DNA of 64,000 nucleotides from Bifidobacteriaceae bacterium (GCA_022649925.1 JALCOX010000001.1:30972-94971), one strand, 5' to 3'. Counted from the first letter of the stretch, positions 37,790-48,534 are shown. The notes: generated from the letters alone by a model not told the origin. Translations and numbers: made by a program.

Positions 37790-37840
37790 ATCTGACAGCA
37801 GCTCCTCAACGGGGCTTGTGACGACGGAGGGCAGGCGTCG

Positions 37841-38398
37841 ATGGGTGATTCGCTGAAGAAGATTTCCAAGCATGCACGTCAGTACAAGCACGTGTTGTTG
37901 CTCATGCGCCACGCGAAGGCGGAGTCAGGTGGGCAGGGCGCAGACATCGATCGCGAACTCACCGACAAGGGCCTCAAGCAGGCCAAGCACGTGGCCAAGG
38001 GGTTGGCCGGCATGAAGCTCGTGCCGGAATCAATCGTCTGCTCTGGTGCGGTCCGCACGCGGCAGACCTTGGCGCGCATGGTGAAGGTCTTCGGCGATGG
38101 ACCGCGCGTCGACTACCGTCAGAGCCTCTACGATCAAGGCAAGAATGCCGTTTTTGACGAGTTGGCGCACGTGCCAGAAACGGTCGGCACGCTCCTCATC
38201 GTCGGGCACGAACCGACGGTATCGATGACGTCGGGCCTCATCGCGACGAAGGACTCCGACGCCGGGCTTCTCGCGTTGCTCAGTGTGGGGGTTTCCAACG
38301 CCTCCGTGGTGATTCTGGGGTCGGACGAGCCTTTCGACAAATGGGACCGGCACAGTGCCGATCTTGTCGCTGTGCTCACACCGAAGGATTTCAGCTGA
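37841..38398 (+). CDS. Histidine phosphatase family protein (SixA-like)
   Basis: Has the RHA motif (LLLMRHAKAE) and a downstream GHEP. Confidence 0.75.
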   Translation: MGDSLKKISKHARQYKHVLLLMRHAKAESGGQGADIDRELTDKGLKQAKHVAKGLAGMKLVPESIVCSGAVRTRQTLARMVKVFGDGPRVDYRQSLYDQGKNAVFDELAHVPETVGTLLIVGHEPTVSMTSGLIATKDSDAGLLALLSVGVSNASVVILGSDEPFDKWDRHSADLVAVLTPKDFS

Positions 38399-38509
38399 TT
38401 CGTGGGTATAAGTCGTGTTTATAGCGACACCCAGATTTCACAGATTACCTGATAACGCTCGTGATTTGCTACGCTTTCTGAGTCTAAACAACTGTCTTTG
38501 GAGGCATGC

Positions 38510-40828
38510 ATGAGCGTAGCCAACGTCAGCGGGTTCCCCCGCATCGGCCAGAATCGCGAACTGAAGCGCGCTATCGAGGGGTATTGGAAGTCCAAGAACG
38601 ATCTTGACTTCGTGCGTTCAACCGCCGCTGAGTTGCGCAAGCGTCACTGGGAACTGCAGAAGGCGGCCGGGATCGACCTCATTCCCAGCAACGACTTCAG
38701 CTACTACGACCAGATGTTGGACACCGCGGTCCTCCTCGGCGTCGTGCCCCAGCGCTATCGCGATCTCAACCTCGGAGCTGAAGACACAGTCTTTGCTCTG
38801 GGCCGTGGCTATCAGGGTGAACGAGGCGACGTCACCGCGCTGCCGATGAAGAAGTGGTTCACCACGAATTATCACTATTTGGTACCCGAAGTCGACGACT
38901 CAACGACCATCTCGCTCAGTGGCACCAAGCCCTTCGACGAGTTCAGTGAGGCCAAGGATCAAGGCATTCTCACCAAGCCGGTCCTCATCGGCCCGTACAC
39001 CTTCCTCAAGCTGGCACGTGGCCCTGAGGCGGCACCGCTCGATCTCTCCGCTCGCACGGATCTGGTCAAGCAGGCGGGCGCAGCCTACGCCGCCATCCTG
39101 AAGCGTTTCGCACAGCTGGGAGCCGAGTGGATTCAGATCGATGAACCCTACCTCGTGCTCGACAAGGAACCGGGCGACGTGGAACTGTTCACCGCCCTGT
39201 ACACGGCAATTCTCGCGGCTCGGGACGAGGCAGGAACCGTCAAGGTGCTCCTCAACTCCTACTTCGGCAATATCTCCGACATCTACAGCACCGCCAACGA
39301 CCTCGGCTTCGACGGCATTGGCCTCGATCTGCTCGAGGGCAAGGATGAGAATCTCGCGGCACTCAGCGAGCATGGCGTGCACTCGGGCACTAAGATCTTT
39401 GCGGGCGTTGTCAACGGCCGCAACATCTGGCGCAACAACTACGCCGTGAGTCTGGGTCTCCTCGACGCGGTGGCATCCGTCGCCGGTGAGGACGCTACCG
39501 TTGTCTCCACCGCCTCCTCCCTGCTGCACGTGCCGTTCAGCACCGAGGGTGAAACCGGGCTGAGCGACGAGCAGCGCAAGCACTTTGCCTTCGCGGTCGA
39601 GAAGCTGGGCGAACTCAGCGACCTCGCCACGCTTGCACCGCTGAGCGACGAGCAGCGCAAGAAGTCCGAGTCGCTCGCTGCCAATCAGGCCCTCTTCGAC
39701 GGAACTCGCGTGAGCGAGGATCCGGCGGTCCACGAGCGCATCGCCAAGCTCACCGCTGCCGACTTCACCCGTCAGCCCGCACGCGCGGAGCGTCAGCGCA
39801 TCCAGCGCGACGAGCTCGGTCTGCCGGATCTGCCGACGACCACCATCGGCTCCTTCCCCCAAACCCAGGATGTGCGCGCCGAACGCGCCAAGCTGCGCAA
39901 GGGCGAGATCACGCAGGATGCCTACGACGAGTTCATCAAGACGAAGATCGTCGAAGTCATTCGTCACCAGGAGAAGATCGGTCTCGACGTCTTGGTGCAC
40001 GGCGAGTTCGAGCGCAACGACATGGTCGAATACTTTGGGCAGAACCTCAAGGGCTTCCTCTTCACCAAGAACGCCTGGGTCCAGTCCTACGGCACGCGCT
40101 GCGTCAAGCCTCCCATCGTGTGGGGCGACGTCTCGCGCGCCAAGCCCATCACCGTCGAGTGGAGCGCCTTCGCGCAGTCCCAGACAGACCACGTCATGAA
40201 GGGCATGCTCACCGGGCCAGTCACCATCCTCAACTGGTCGTGGCCGCGCGAGGACATCACTCACGAGGATCAAACCAAGCAGCTCGCACTCGCCATTCGC
40301 GACGAGGTCATTGACCTGCAGAATGCTGGCATCAAGGTCATCCAGATTGACGAGGCCGCCCTGCGCGAGAAGCTTCCCGTGCGTCGCTCCGACTGGCACT
40401 CCAAATACCTCGATTGGGCCGTTCCTGCCTTCCGCCTGGTGCATTCCGGTGTCGAGGCTGGAACTCAGATCCACACCCACATGTGCTATTCGGAGTTCAA
40501 CGACATCATTCGCGACATCGATGCGATGGACGCCGACGTCATCTCCTTCGAGGCGTCACGCTCCGATCTCACGGTTCTGGACGCCATTCACGACGCGAAC
40601 TTTGAGACGGAGGCCGGCCCCGGTGTCTATGACATTCACTCGCCGCGCATCCCGTCCGAGGCTGAGATCGAGGGCCGCATCGGAGAAATCCTCGAGAAGA
40701 TGGACGTCTCCAAGGTCTGGATCAACCCCGACTGTGGCCTGAAGACCCGCGGTGACGCGGAAACCTGGCCGAGCCTCGAGCACATGGTGGCGGCCGCCAA
40801 GGCCGTGCGCGCCAAGCTCGGGAAGTAA
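38510..40828 (+). CDS. metE: Cobalamin-independent methionine synthase
   Basis: About 770 aa with a duplicated (beta-alpha)8 layout and zinc ligand motifs HTHMCYSEF and [14 protein letters not shown] lies upstream of the ATG at 38510. Confidence 0.95.
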   Translation: MSVANVSGFPRIGQNRELKRAIEGYWKSKNDLDFVRSTAAELRKRHWELQKAAGIDLIPSNDFSYYDQMLDTAVLLGVVPQRYRDLNLGAEDTVFALGRGYQGERGDVTALPMKKWFTTNYHYLVPEVDDSTTISLSGTKPFDEFSEAKDQGILTKPVLIGPYTFLKLARGPEAAPLDLSARTDLVKQAGAAYAAILKRFAQLGAEWIQIDEPYLVLDKEPGDVELFTALYTAILAARDEAGTVKVLLNSYFGNISDIYSTANDLGFDGIGLDLLEGKDENLAALSEHGVHSGTKIFAGVVNGRNIWRNNYAVSLGLLDAVASVAGEDATVVSTASSLLHVPFSTEGETGLSDEQRKHFAFAVEKLGELSDLATLAPLSDEQRKKSESLAANQALFDGTRVSEDPAVHERIAKLTAADFTRQPARAERQRIQRDELGLPDLPTTTIGSFPQTQDVRAERAKLRKGEITQDAYDEFIKTKIVEVIRHQEKIGLDVLVHGEFERNDMVEYFGQNLKGFLFTKNAWVQSYGTRCVKPPIVWGDVSRAKPITVEWSAFAQSQTDHVMKGMLTGPVTILNWSWPREDITHEDQTKQLALAIRDEVIDLQNAGIKVIQIDEAALREKLPVRRSDWHSKYLDWAVPAFRLVHSGVEAGTQIHTHMCYSEFNDIIRDIDAMDADVISFEASRSDLTVLDAIHDANFETEAGPGVYDIHSPRIPSEAEIEGRIGEILEKMDVSKVWINPDCGLKTRGDAETWPSLEHMVAAAKAVRAKLGK

Positions 40829-40862
40829 TCAAAGGCAGCGGTAAACAGATAGGTCAGACGCC

Positions 40863-41711
40863 ATGCATTCGCCGATTTTCTCACTGGAGATATTCCCACC
40901 CAAGCGCAATGCTCCCGTGGGCACTATTTACGACACGCTCGATGGACTCGAGGGGCTCAACCCCGACTTCATCTCGGTGACGTATGGGCACGGCACGTCG
41001 TCTGACCGCACCGCCACCGCGCGTATCGCTCACACGGTGAAGAAGGAGTATGGCATCGAGGCGGTCGCCCACCTGACGGCCATGTACGTCACCGCCGACG
41101 ACGTCGACGAGACGCTTGAGATGTTTCGGGCGGCGGGCGTCGCCTCGATCCTGCCCTTGCGTGGAGATCCGGTTGTCGACCGCCAACCCGCCAACGTCTT
41201 TGAACACGCCTCCGACCTGGCGGCTTACATCCATGACCAGGCACCAGAGTTCAAGCTCTACGGGGCCTGTTACCCGGAGGGTCACTTCCAGGCACCGAGC
41301 CTCGATGAAGACATCGAGAATCTGCGGAAGAAGGTCGACGCGGGAGTCACGCATCTCATTTCGCAACTGTTCTATTCGACCGACGCCTTTCTCGATTTCC
41401 TCGAGAAGGCGAGAGCGAAGGGGATTGAGGTTCCGATTGAGGCGGGCATCATGCCGCCGGTCCTCGCAAAGTCGACTCTGAATATGGCAAGCAAGTGCGG
41501 GGTGGCGATTCCCCAACAGCTCCGTACGATTCTCGAACGGTGGCAGGGCAACCGTGAGGCGCTGCAGAAGGCCGGAATCGTGTATGCGAGCGAGCAGATT
41601 TCAGAGCTCGTGTCGGCGGGTGTGGACGGAGTTCACTTGTATTCCATGAACCACCCGCGCGTGGTGCGCCGCATCTGGAGCAACGTGGACACGTTGTTCT
41701 CGCAGGAGTGA
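40863..41711 (+). CDS. metF: Methylenetetrahydrofolate reductase
   Basis: The N-terminus FSLEIFPPK is typical of MTHFR, and the gene follows metE. Confidence 0.9.
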   Translation: MHSPIFSLEIFPPKRNAPVGTIYDTLDGLEGLNPDFISVTYGHGTSSDRTATARIAHTVKKEYGIEAVAHLTAMYVTADDVDETLEMFRAAGVASILPLRGDPVVDRQPANVFEHASDLAAYIHDQAPEFKLYGACYPEGHFQAPSLDEDIENLRKKVDAGVTHLISQLFYSTDAFLDFLEKARAKGIEVPIEAGIMPPVLAKSTLNMASKCGVAIPQQLRTILERWQGNREALQKAGIVYASEQISELVSAGVDGVHLYSMNHPRVVRRIWSNVDTLFSQE

Positions 41712-41739
41712 ACGGCGCTTCAGCTCCCTGGGCTTTTGA

Positions 41740-42105
41740 TTACTTGTTGCGGCGGCCGGTGTTCCTGGCCTGATTCTGCTGCTGAGCGCGCTTCTTCACC
41801 TTGCGCGGTGAAAGGGTCTTGGCATCCCTCGACCTGAAAATTTTCCAATGGGCGGCGAAGAATTTCCGGAGCGCTGGGATCTTGCCGATCCCGAAACCAA
41901 TGATGGCCGCCCCGATCGCGATCCACGACCACAGATCTTCGCCCACCAGGATGAGGATGATGACTAGGCCGAAGACCACGATGCTCACAGTGCGGGTGAT
42001 GGTCTTCTGCTGACCTGTGAGTTTGTCTTCCTTCATGGGCAAGATTCCGTAGAATCCTCCTCCGAGGAAGCAGATCAGTGCGGAGATGATCGAGAGTGCG
42101 AGCAT
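41740..42105 (-). CDS. Small membrane protein with basic C-terminal tail
   Basis: Has 3 hydrophobic segments, with GAGGT 5 nt upstream of the ATG. I recognise no family. Confidence 0.55.
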   Translation of the reverse strand: MLALSIISALICFLGGGFYGILPMKEDKLTGQQKTITRTVSIVVFGLVIILILVGEDLWSWIAIGAAIIGFGIGKIPALRKFFAAHWKIFRSRDAKTLSPRKVKKRAQQQNQARNTGRRNK

Positions 42106-42176
42106 GGGAACCTCATCGTTCTATTTGATGTGCGAGTCTTTTTGATTCTATCGCGGTCCTGCCGGGACGGGCGCAC

Positions 42177-43058
42177 TTAGTCGTCGCTGCCCGAGACGAA
42201 GTCCGTTTCCGTGGCGGGCGAGTCTTGACGATCGATGAGTTTCTTCTGGTCGTCAAAGCGCTGCATCTGCGGCTCCTCGGTGCTGTGAGCGAGCGAATCC
42301 ATGACCCCCGCGGCATTGTCGACACCGGCAATTTCGGCGATGATCTGCTCGTAGGAGGTGTCGGAGGTCTTGTGGAGTCCATTGATGCGACCGTGACGGA
42401 GCACCACGATGCGGTCGGCGATGGCGAAGACATCGGGCAGAGTGTTGCAGATGAAAACGATTGCTTTGCCGCTGGCGCGCAACTTCTTGATATAGCTGAG
42501 GACCTCGGCCGTCTGCATCACCGAAAGGGAGGCGGTGGGTTCGTCGAGCAGGATCATCTCCGGGTCGTCGAGAAGGGTGCGGGCGATGGAGAGCATCTGA
42601 CTCTGCCCCTTGGTGAGCGTGGAGATGGGCTTACGCAGACCGATGGGGGAGGAGACCTGGGCGAGAACCCTGCGGGCCTCGTCCTCCATTTTGCTCACGT
42701 CGAGCCTGCGAAACTCGTCCTTCATCTCGTGGCCGAGGAAAAGGTTGGCAGTCACGTCGAGGTTGTCGCAAAATTCCTGGTCCTGGAATACCGAGGCAAT
42801 TCCCAGCGCCCGAGACTCCTGGATGGTGTTGATGGCGCAGGGAACGCCGTTGTGTTCGATCCCGCCGGCCTCGTCGGGGTGGTACAGTCCGGCGAGCACC
42901 TTGAGGAGGGTGGATTTTCCCGCGCCGTTGTCGCCGACGACCGCGAGGATCTCTCCGCGGTAGAACGACAGATTGACGTGTTTGAGCGCTTCAAAGAACC
43001 CGAAGGTCACGGAGACATCAGTGAACTTGATGAGGGGGTATTTCTTCAAGCTGGTCAT
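42177..43058 (-). CDS. Orphan single-NBD ABC ATPase, CUT2 NBD1-like
   Basis: Has Walker A GDNGAGKST, signature-region LTKGQSQMLSIARTL and Walker B ILLDEPT. The H-loop position reads FICNTL (Asn). It starts 3 nt after the ROK gene stop. Confidence 0.8.
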   Translation of the reverse strand: MTSLKKYPLIKFTDVSVTFGFFEALKHVNLSFYRGEILAVVGDNGAGKSTLLKVLAGLYHPDEAGGIEHNGVPCAINTIQESRALGIASVFQDQEFCDNLDVTANLFLGHEMKDEFRRLDVSKMEDEARRVLAQVSSPIGLRKPISTLTKGQSQMLSIARTLLDDPEMILLDEPTASLSVMQTAEVLSYIKKLRASGKAIVFICNTLPDVFAIADRIVVLRHGRINGLHKTSDTSYEQIIAEIAGVDNAAGVMDSLAHSTEEPQMQRFDDQKKLIDRQDSPATETDFVSGSDD

Positions 43059-43061
43059 AGA

Positions 43062-44300
43062 TCAATGCTCCTTCTTTGGAGCGGTTGTTTCAGAGGGTGT
43101 GGTGCCGGTGGACGATGATACCTCAGGGGTAGGAAACGAGACGGCGAGGCTCGACTTTTCCAGTGCGAAGAGGGCCGAGCCGATGGCCTGATTGCCGTCG
43201 GGGTATTGTGCGCGAAGGACGTCAATGGGGGTCATGGCGTCGGGGAAGAGAAGGCGGCGGAGGGACTCCTGGAACGGTTCGATGAAGAGGTCTCCGGTTT
43301 CCGCGAATTTCCCGCCGACCACCACGAGCTTGGGATCGAGCGCAATGCAGAGCCCGGCGGTCACTTCCGCGATGCGCACCGAGACGTCGGTGACGATGCG
43401 TCGGCACCCCGGGTCGCCGTCGTTGGCGAGCTTGATGAGGTCGTCGAGCGTCATGGTGCCGTGCGTCACGTTGAGCAATGACACGAGGCGTTCCTCGTTG
43501 ACGGTGGTGTTAAGGCAACCGCGATTGCCGCAGGAGCAGATGGGCCCCAGCGGGTCAACCTGGACGTGACCGATTTCTCCGGCCAGTCCCGTGACTCCGC
43601 GCAGGAGGGTGCCGTTGACGAACGCCCCCGCTCCGACGCCATCTGAGGCGTGGACGTAGATGAAGTTTTCAACCCCGCGGGCACTTCCGAGACGCGCCTC
43701 GGCGAGTCCTCCCATGTGGGCGGAGTTTTGCACGTAGACAGGGACGTTGAAGATCGAGGAGAAGGAGGCACGCAGCTCCTTGTTTTCCCAGCCGCGCAGG
43801 ATGCCTGGGATGGCGACCTGTTGCGTGAGTTTGTTGACGGGGGCCTCGACGCACAGGCAGATCCCAACGATCTCGCTGGTGGGTGCGCCCAGAGCCGTGA
43901 TGGTTTCCTCGACGAGGAGGATGGCCCTTTCGAGCGTGGAATCGACTTTGTGATCGAGCGCGAGGGGGAGTGTGTGTGAGCTCAGCACAGTGCGTGAGAA
44001 GTCCATGGCACAGATGGAGAGTTGTCTTTTGCCGATGAATATACCGATGCTGATGCCGAGTTGTCTGCGCAGCGTGACGAGTGTGGCCCGCCGGCCGCTG
44101 CGAATCGTCGATCTCGTGTCGAAAACGTCTTCCTCGACGAATTGACGGACGAGATTTGACACCGTTGCAGTGGAAAGCCCCGTGGCTTCGGACAACTCGA
44201 TCTGAGTGAGTCCACCGAACTTACGAACCGTCTCGAAAAGCAGCGCGCGATTGGCCTCTCTCAGTGCAGTCTGAGACCCAGAAGGTTTTTTTAGCGCCAT
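43062..44300 (-). CDS. ROK family transcriptional regulator
   Basis: Has an N-terminal wHTH (LTQIELSEATGLSTATVSNLVRQF) and the ROK zinc motif CSCGNRGCLNT. The start is uncertain (ATG at 44300 or GTG at 44369). Confidence 0.85.
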   Translation of the reverse strand: MALKKPSGSQTALREANRALLFETVRKFGGLTQIELSEATGLSTATVSNLVRQFVEEDVFDTRSTIRSGRRATLVTLRRQLGISIGIFIGKRQLSICAMDFSRTVLSSHTLPLALDHKVDSTLERAILLVEETITALGAPTSEIVGICLCVEAPVNKLTQQVAIPGILRGWENKELRASFSSIFNVPVYVQNSAHMGGLAEARLGSARGVENFIYVHASDGVGAGAFVNGTLLRGVTGLAGEIGHVQVDPLGPICSCGNRGCLNTTVNEERLVSLLNVTHGTMTLDDLIKLANDGDPGCRRIVTDVSVRIAEVTAGLCIALDPKLVVVGGKFAETGDLFIEPFQESLRRLLFPDAMTPIDVLRAQYPDGNQAIGSALFALEKSSLAVSFPTPEVSSSTGTTPSETTAPKKEH

Positions 44301-44507
44301 AGCCCCAGCATACCCGAGGAGTGTGGCGTTGCGTGGGGGTACACCTTGTTGAATTACGCGATTAAACACATGTTATCGGGAACATGCCGTTCTGAGTTGA
44401 TTGCTTAAACTCAATCGTGTATTCTTTGTGGCGAACCTCACAGTTCATTGAGCGAACCAACGTGGATTTGCTCAAGACATATCCGTCAATGATGAAGGAG
44501 AAGTCAC

Positions 44508-45665
44508 ATGAAAGCACTCAAGCGTACTATCGCTGCAGCTGCTGGACTTGCGATGATGGCAGGCCTCGCTGCGTGCGGCGGCGGCCGTTCAGACTCTGCT
44601 GGATCGAGCGAAAAAGTCGATAAAGGTGCGACCATCGGTATCTCGATGCCGACGAAGTCGGAAGAGCGCTGGAACAAGGATGGCAACGGTCTGAAGAAGA
44701 ATCTTGAGGCCAAGGGATACAAGGTCATTCTCTCGTTCGCAGACGATAAGCCTGCGCAGCAGAATGCTGATATTGAAAACATGGTGAACAACAGTGCGAA
44801 GATCGTCGTTGTCGCCGCCAAGGACGGCACCGCAGTTGGTCCCGCCGTCGAGAAGGCCAAGGATGCGGGCGCGAAGGTCATCGCTTACGACCGCCTCATC
44901 ATGAACACCGAAGCAGTGGATTACTACGCAACGTTCCAGCTGGAGCAGACGGGTGTCCTCGAAGCAAATTACATCATCGATAAGCTCAAGCTGAAGGACG
45001 GAGCAAAGGGTCCGTTCAACATCGAGCTCTTCACCGGTTCCCCCGACGACAACAACGCCAAGTTCTTCTTCAAGGGAGCTTGGGAGCTGCTGCAGCCGTA
45101 CTTCAAGTCCGGAGTCTTGGTCAACCCCTCCAGGCACGGCGGTGGAGTCAAGGCAGACAGCACTGTCGAAGATATTTGGCAGAAGATCTCCGTCATGTCC
45201 TGGAAGGCTGAGCAGGCTCAGAAGGACATGGAGTCGATCCTCGATTCCACGTATTCACACGGCGAGAAGCTCGACGCGGTCCTCAGCCCTTACGACGGTA
45301 TCTCCCAAGGTGTCATCAACGCCATTCAGTCCAAGCGCCCCGACATGAAGCCGGGCACTGACTCATGGCCGATCATCACCGGGCAGGACGCGATGGAAAT
45401 CGCGATCACCAACATCAACAACGGCACTCAAGCTCAGACCGTCTTCAAGGACGTCAACAAGCTCGCCGCCGCTGTTCAGGAGATGATCATCCAGATCGCA
45501 GAAGGCAAGGAAGTCACTGGCGCTGACAAGACCTACAACAACGGCACCAAGGACGTCAAGTCCAAGCTGCTTGACCCGGTCTCCATCACCAAGGACAACC
45601 TCAGCGACCTCGTCGATGCTGGTTATGTCACCCAGGATAGGTTCGACCAGCTCACCAAGAGCTGA
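44508..45665 (+). CDS. Sugar ABC transporter substrate-binding lipoprotein (CUT2, ChvE/XylF-like)
   Basis: Has a lipobox LAACGGG and the layout of a periplasmic-binding type I fold. It lies upstream of a CUT2 ATPase and permease. Confidence 0.85.
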   Translation: MKALKRTIAAAAGLAMMAGLAACGGGRSDSAGSSEKVDKGATIGISMPTKSEERWNKDGNGLKKNLEAKGYKVILSFADDKPAQQNADIENMVNNSAKIVVVAAKDGTAVGPAVEKAKDAGAKVIAYDRLIMNTEAVDYYATFQLEQTGVLEANYIIDKLKLKDGAKGPFNIELFTGSPDDNNAKFFFKGAWELLQPYFKSGVLVNPSRHGGGVKADSTVEDIWQKISVMSWKAEQAQKDMESILDSTYSHGEKLDAVLSPYDGISQGVINAIQSKRPDMKPGTDSWPIITGQDAMEIAITNINNGTQAQTVFKDVNKLAAAVQEMIIQIAEGKEVTGADKTYNNGTKDVKSKLLDPVSITKDNLSDLVDAGYVTQDRFDQLTKS

Positions 45666-45748
45666 CCTTACCCATTCGCCCAACCGGTTGCTGCGGTGGG
45701 CTTCACCGCAGCAACCACCCATGAATGAACTCAATGAGGAGTGATGAC

Positions 45749-47299
45749 ATGTCTGATGAAACCATTCTCCAGATGAAGAACATCACCAAGACCTTCGGGC
45801 CAGTCAAGGCTCTCACCGACGTGAATCTCGATGTCAAATCGGGAGAAATCCACGCTATCTGCGGTGAGAACGGTGCTGGTAAGTCGACCTTGATGAACGT
45901 TCTGTCCGGAGTTTATCCCTACGGGTCCTACACCGGAGAAGTCTGGTTTGAGGGCAAGCAGGCGAAGTACAAGACGATTCGTGACTCGGAAGCCGACGGA
46001 ATCGTCATTATCCATCAGGAGCTTGCGCTGATCCCGTTCCTCTCCATCGCCGAGAATATTTTCCTCGGCAACGAGCAGGGCGGAAAGGGAGTTGTCGATT
46101 GGGACAAAACCCGCGCGAAGGCGAAGGAACTGATGGAGCGAGTCGGGCTTCCCGACGATCCCGATACCCGCATCATGGATATCGGTGTTGGCAAGCAGCA
46201 GCTTGTCGAAATTGCTAAGGCACTCGCCAAGAACGTGAAGCTTCTCATCCTCGATGAGCCAACGGCTGCACTCAACGACGCTGATTCGGCCCACCTCCTG
46301 GGTCTGGTGCGAGATCTTCGTGACCAGCATGGTGTGACCTCCATCATCATCACCCACAAGCTGAACGAGGTCGCTGTCATCGCCGACAACGTCACCATCA
46401 TTCGAGACGGATCCACCGTCGGCCACATGCACGTCGACGCCGAGCATCCGCTCAACCGCGACGAACTCATCGCAAAGATGGTGGGTAGGCCTCTGACCAA
46501 CCTTTATCCTGAGCACGAGTCCCACGCCGGTGAGGAAATCTTCCGCATCAAGGACTGGACCGTCCACCACCCCCAAGACACGAGCCGTTTGGTCGTCGAC
46601 AACGCGAACATGTACGCGCGCGCCGGCGAAATCGTGGGCCTCGCGGGATTGATGGGTGCAGGGCGCACTGAGCTCGCCATGAGCGTCTTTGGGCACTCCT
46701 ACGGTTCCGCCGTCTCCGGACAGATCTTCATCAAGGGCAAGGAAGTCCACCTGCACAACGTGGCCACCGCCATCAAGGAAGGGCTGGCCTACGTGACGGA
46801 GGATCGCAAGGTCTTCGGTCTCAATCTTTTGCAGGCTGTGCGTCACAACGCTTCGATGGCATCGCTTCTCAAGATGTCGAAGAATGGCGTCATGGACGAC
46901 GAGACCGAGCAGAAGTCGGTGGAGCGTTATCGCACTGAATTCGGCATCAAGACGCATTCGATTGAAGACGGCGTCTCGACGTTGTCGGGTGGCAACCAGC
47001 AGAAGGTCGTCCTGGCGAAGTGGGTGCTCTCGGATCCCGATATCCTGATCCTCGACGAGCCCACGCGCGGCATCGACGTCGGTGCCAAGTACGAAATTTA
47101 CGAAATCATCGATCAATTGGCCGATCAGGGGAAGGCTGTCATCGTCATCTCCTCCGAGCTTCCTGAGCTCATCGGCATCTGCGATCGCATCTATACCGTG
47201 AGCAATGGTGTCTTCACGGCGGATGTGCCGCGGGAGAAGTTCTCTCAGGAATACCTCATGAACTACATGACACTTGAAAAGGAAAGGGTAGCGAAATGA
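45749..47299 (+). CDS. Sugar ABC transporter ATP-binding protein (two fused NBDs, CUT2)
   Basis: NBD1 has GENGAGKST, VGKQQLVEIAKAL and ITHKLNE. NBD2 has LSGGNQQK and LILDEPTRGID. GAGGAG lies 7 nt upstream of the ATG at 45749. Confidence 0.9.
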   Translation: MSDETILQMKNITKTFGPVKALTDVNLDVKSGEIHAICGENGAGKSTLMNVLSGVYPYGSYTGEVWFEGKQAKYKTIRDSEADGIVIIHQELALIPFLSIAENIFLGNEQGGKGVVDWDKTRAKAKELMERVGLPDDPDTRIMDIGVGKQQLVEIAKALAKNVKLLILDEPTAALNDADSAHLLGLVRDLRDQHGVTSIIITHKLNEVAVIADNVTIIRDGSTVGHMHVDAEHPLNRDELIAKMVGRPLTNLYPEHESHAGEEIFRIKDWTVHHPQDTSRLVVDNANMYARAGEIVGLAGLMGAGRTELAMSVFGHSYGSAVSGQIFIKGKEVHLHNVATAIKEGLAYVTEDRKVFGLNLLQAVRHNASMASLLKMSKNGVMDDETEQKSVERYRTEFGIKTHSIEDGVSTLSGGNQQKVVLAKWVLSDPDILILDEPTRGIDVGAKYEIYEIIDQLADQGKAVIVISSELPELIGICDRIYTVSNGVFTADVPREKFSQEYLMNYMTLEKERVAK

Positions 47300-48507
47300 C
47301 GAGCGCAGTTACCAACAAGAAGACCGAGAAGTCGAGCACACTCTCGTCGCTCTCGAATATGGCAAGGTCCTACGGTATCGTCGGTGCACTGATCGTCATC
47401 GTCGTTGTCTTTGAGATATTGACGGGCGGAGTCCTTCTCAAGCCCAACAGCTTTGTGTCCCTCATCCAGCAGAATGCCTACGTGATCATTCTGGCAATCG
47501 GCATGGTGATGGTCATCATCGCCACACACATCGATCTGTCAGTTGGATCCTTGGTGGCATTCATCGGCGGTGTGTGCGCCATCTTGATGGAGCATATGGG
47601 AGTCAACTGGATGCTCGCCATCCTCCTCTCTCTGCTCGTCGGCCTCCTCGTCGGTGTGTGGCAGGGCTTCTGGGTCGCTTACGTCGGAATCCCCGGCTTC
47701 ATCACCACGCTGGCAGGCATGCTGATCTTCCGAGGCCTGGCAACCGTCATCGTCGGCGAGTCCGTCCCGATCACCTCCAGCGCCTTCCGTGGAATCGCGC
47801 GTAACTATCTGCCGAACATCTTCGGATTCTGGGGTCCGTTCGATGGACTGACCGTCGTCCTGGGTCTCCTCGCCATCGCTGCCTTTGCCTGGAGCCAGAT
47901 CAACAAGCGCAAGAAGATGACCAAGGTCGGTCTCGATCCCGAACCGATGGGCCTGACGATCGCGAAGATCGTCATCGCCGCAGTCGTCGTCCTCTTCCTC
48001 ACCTACCTGCTCGCCTCCTCCGGCAACAGCGACGAGGGTGGAACCCCGATCATGCTGGTCATCGTCGTGATTCTGGTCCTCGTTTACAACTTCATCCTGA
48101 CCCGCACCGTTTTCGGTCGCCACGTCTACGCAGTCGGCGGTAACCGCAAGGCGGCAATCCTCTCCGGCATCGATTCGCGCAAGGTGGACTTCACGCTGTT
48201 CATCCACATGGGCTTCCTCTCTGCCGTCGCCGCCATCGCGATGCTGTCCCGACTCGCCTCGGCTACAGCTCAGGCCGGTATGGAGTTCGAGATGGACGCC
48301 ATCGCCTCCTGTTTCATCGGTGGAACCGCAGTTACCGGTGGTATCGGTACTATTCCGGGCGCCGTCGTTGGTGCATTCGTCATGGGCGTCATCAACCAGG
48401 GTCTGTCCATCATGGGTGTCGATACTGCAGTCGTGAAGACTATCAAGGGCCTCGTCCTCCTGGGCGCCGTCGCCGTTGATATCCTCTCGCGTCGCAAGAA
48501 GGGCTGA
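47296..48507 (+). CDS. Sugar ABC transporter permease (CUT2, XylH/GguB-like)
   Basis: About 10 TM segments. The start overlaps the ATPase gene stop by 4 nt. Confidence 0.9.
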   Translation: MTSAVTNKKTEKSSTLSSLSNMARSYGIVGALIVIVVVFEILTGGVLLKPNSFVSLIQQNAYVIILAIGMVMVIIATHIDLSVGSLVAFIGGVCAILMEHMGVNWMLAILLSLLVGLLVGVWQGFWVAYVGIPGFITTLAGMLIFRGLATVIVGESVPITSSAFRGIARNYLPNIFGFWGPFDGLTVVLGLLAIAAFAWSQINKRKKMTKVGLDPEPMGLTIAKIVIAAVVVLFLTYLLASSGNSDEGGTPIMLVIVVILVLVYNFILTRTVFGRHVYAVGGNRKAAILSGIDSRKVDFTLFIHMGFLSAVAAIAMLSRLASATAQAGMEFEMDAIASCFIGGTAVTGGIGTIPGAVVGAFVMGVINQGLSIMGVDTAVVKTIKGLVLLGAVAVDILSRRKKG

Positions 48508-48534
48508 TTTAAGTCCAGTTCATCTTCTCCTCAG

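Noticed and set aside
38399-38509. A possible cobalamin or SAM riboswitch upstream of metE.
   Set aside because: The leader is only about 110 nt. I cannot find a B12-box-like GCCACTG core, or the paired helices of SAM riboswitch classes. A covariance-model scan would be needed to rule it out fully.
38900-40480. A 526-aa minus-strand ORF antisense to metE. Similar long antisense ORFs occur at 45731-47116, 18756-19829, 57217-58278, 2229-3314, 25574-26518, 35448-36614 and 51379-52119.
   Set aside because: These are typical shadow ORFs of high-GC coding DNA. Their translations are Arg/Gly/His/Val-rich with no recognisable motifs. The opposite strand carries unambiguous conserved genes across the same span.
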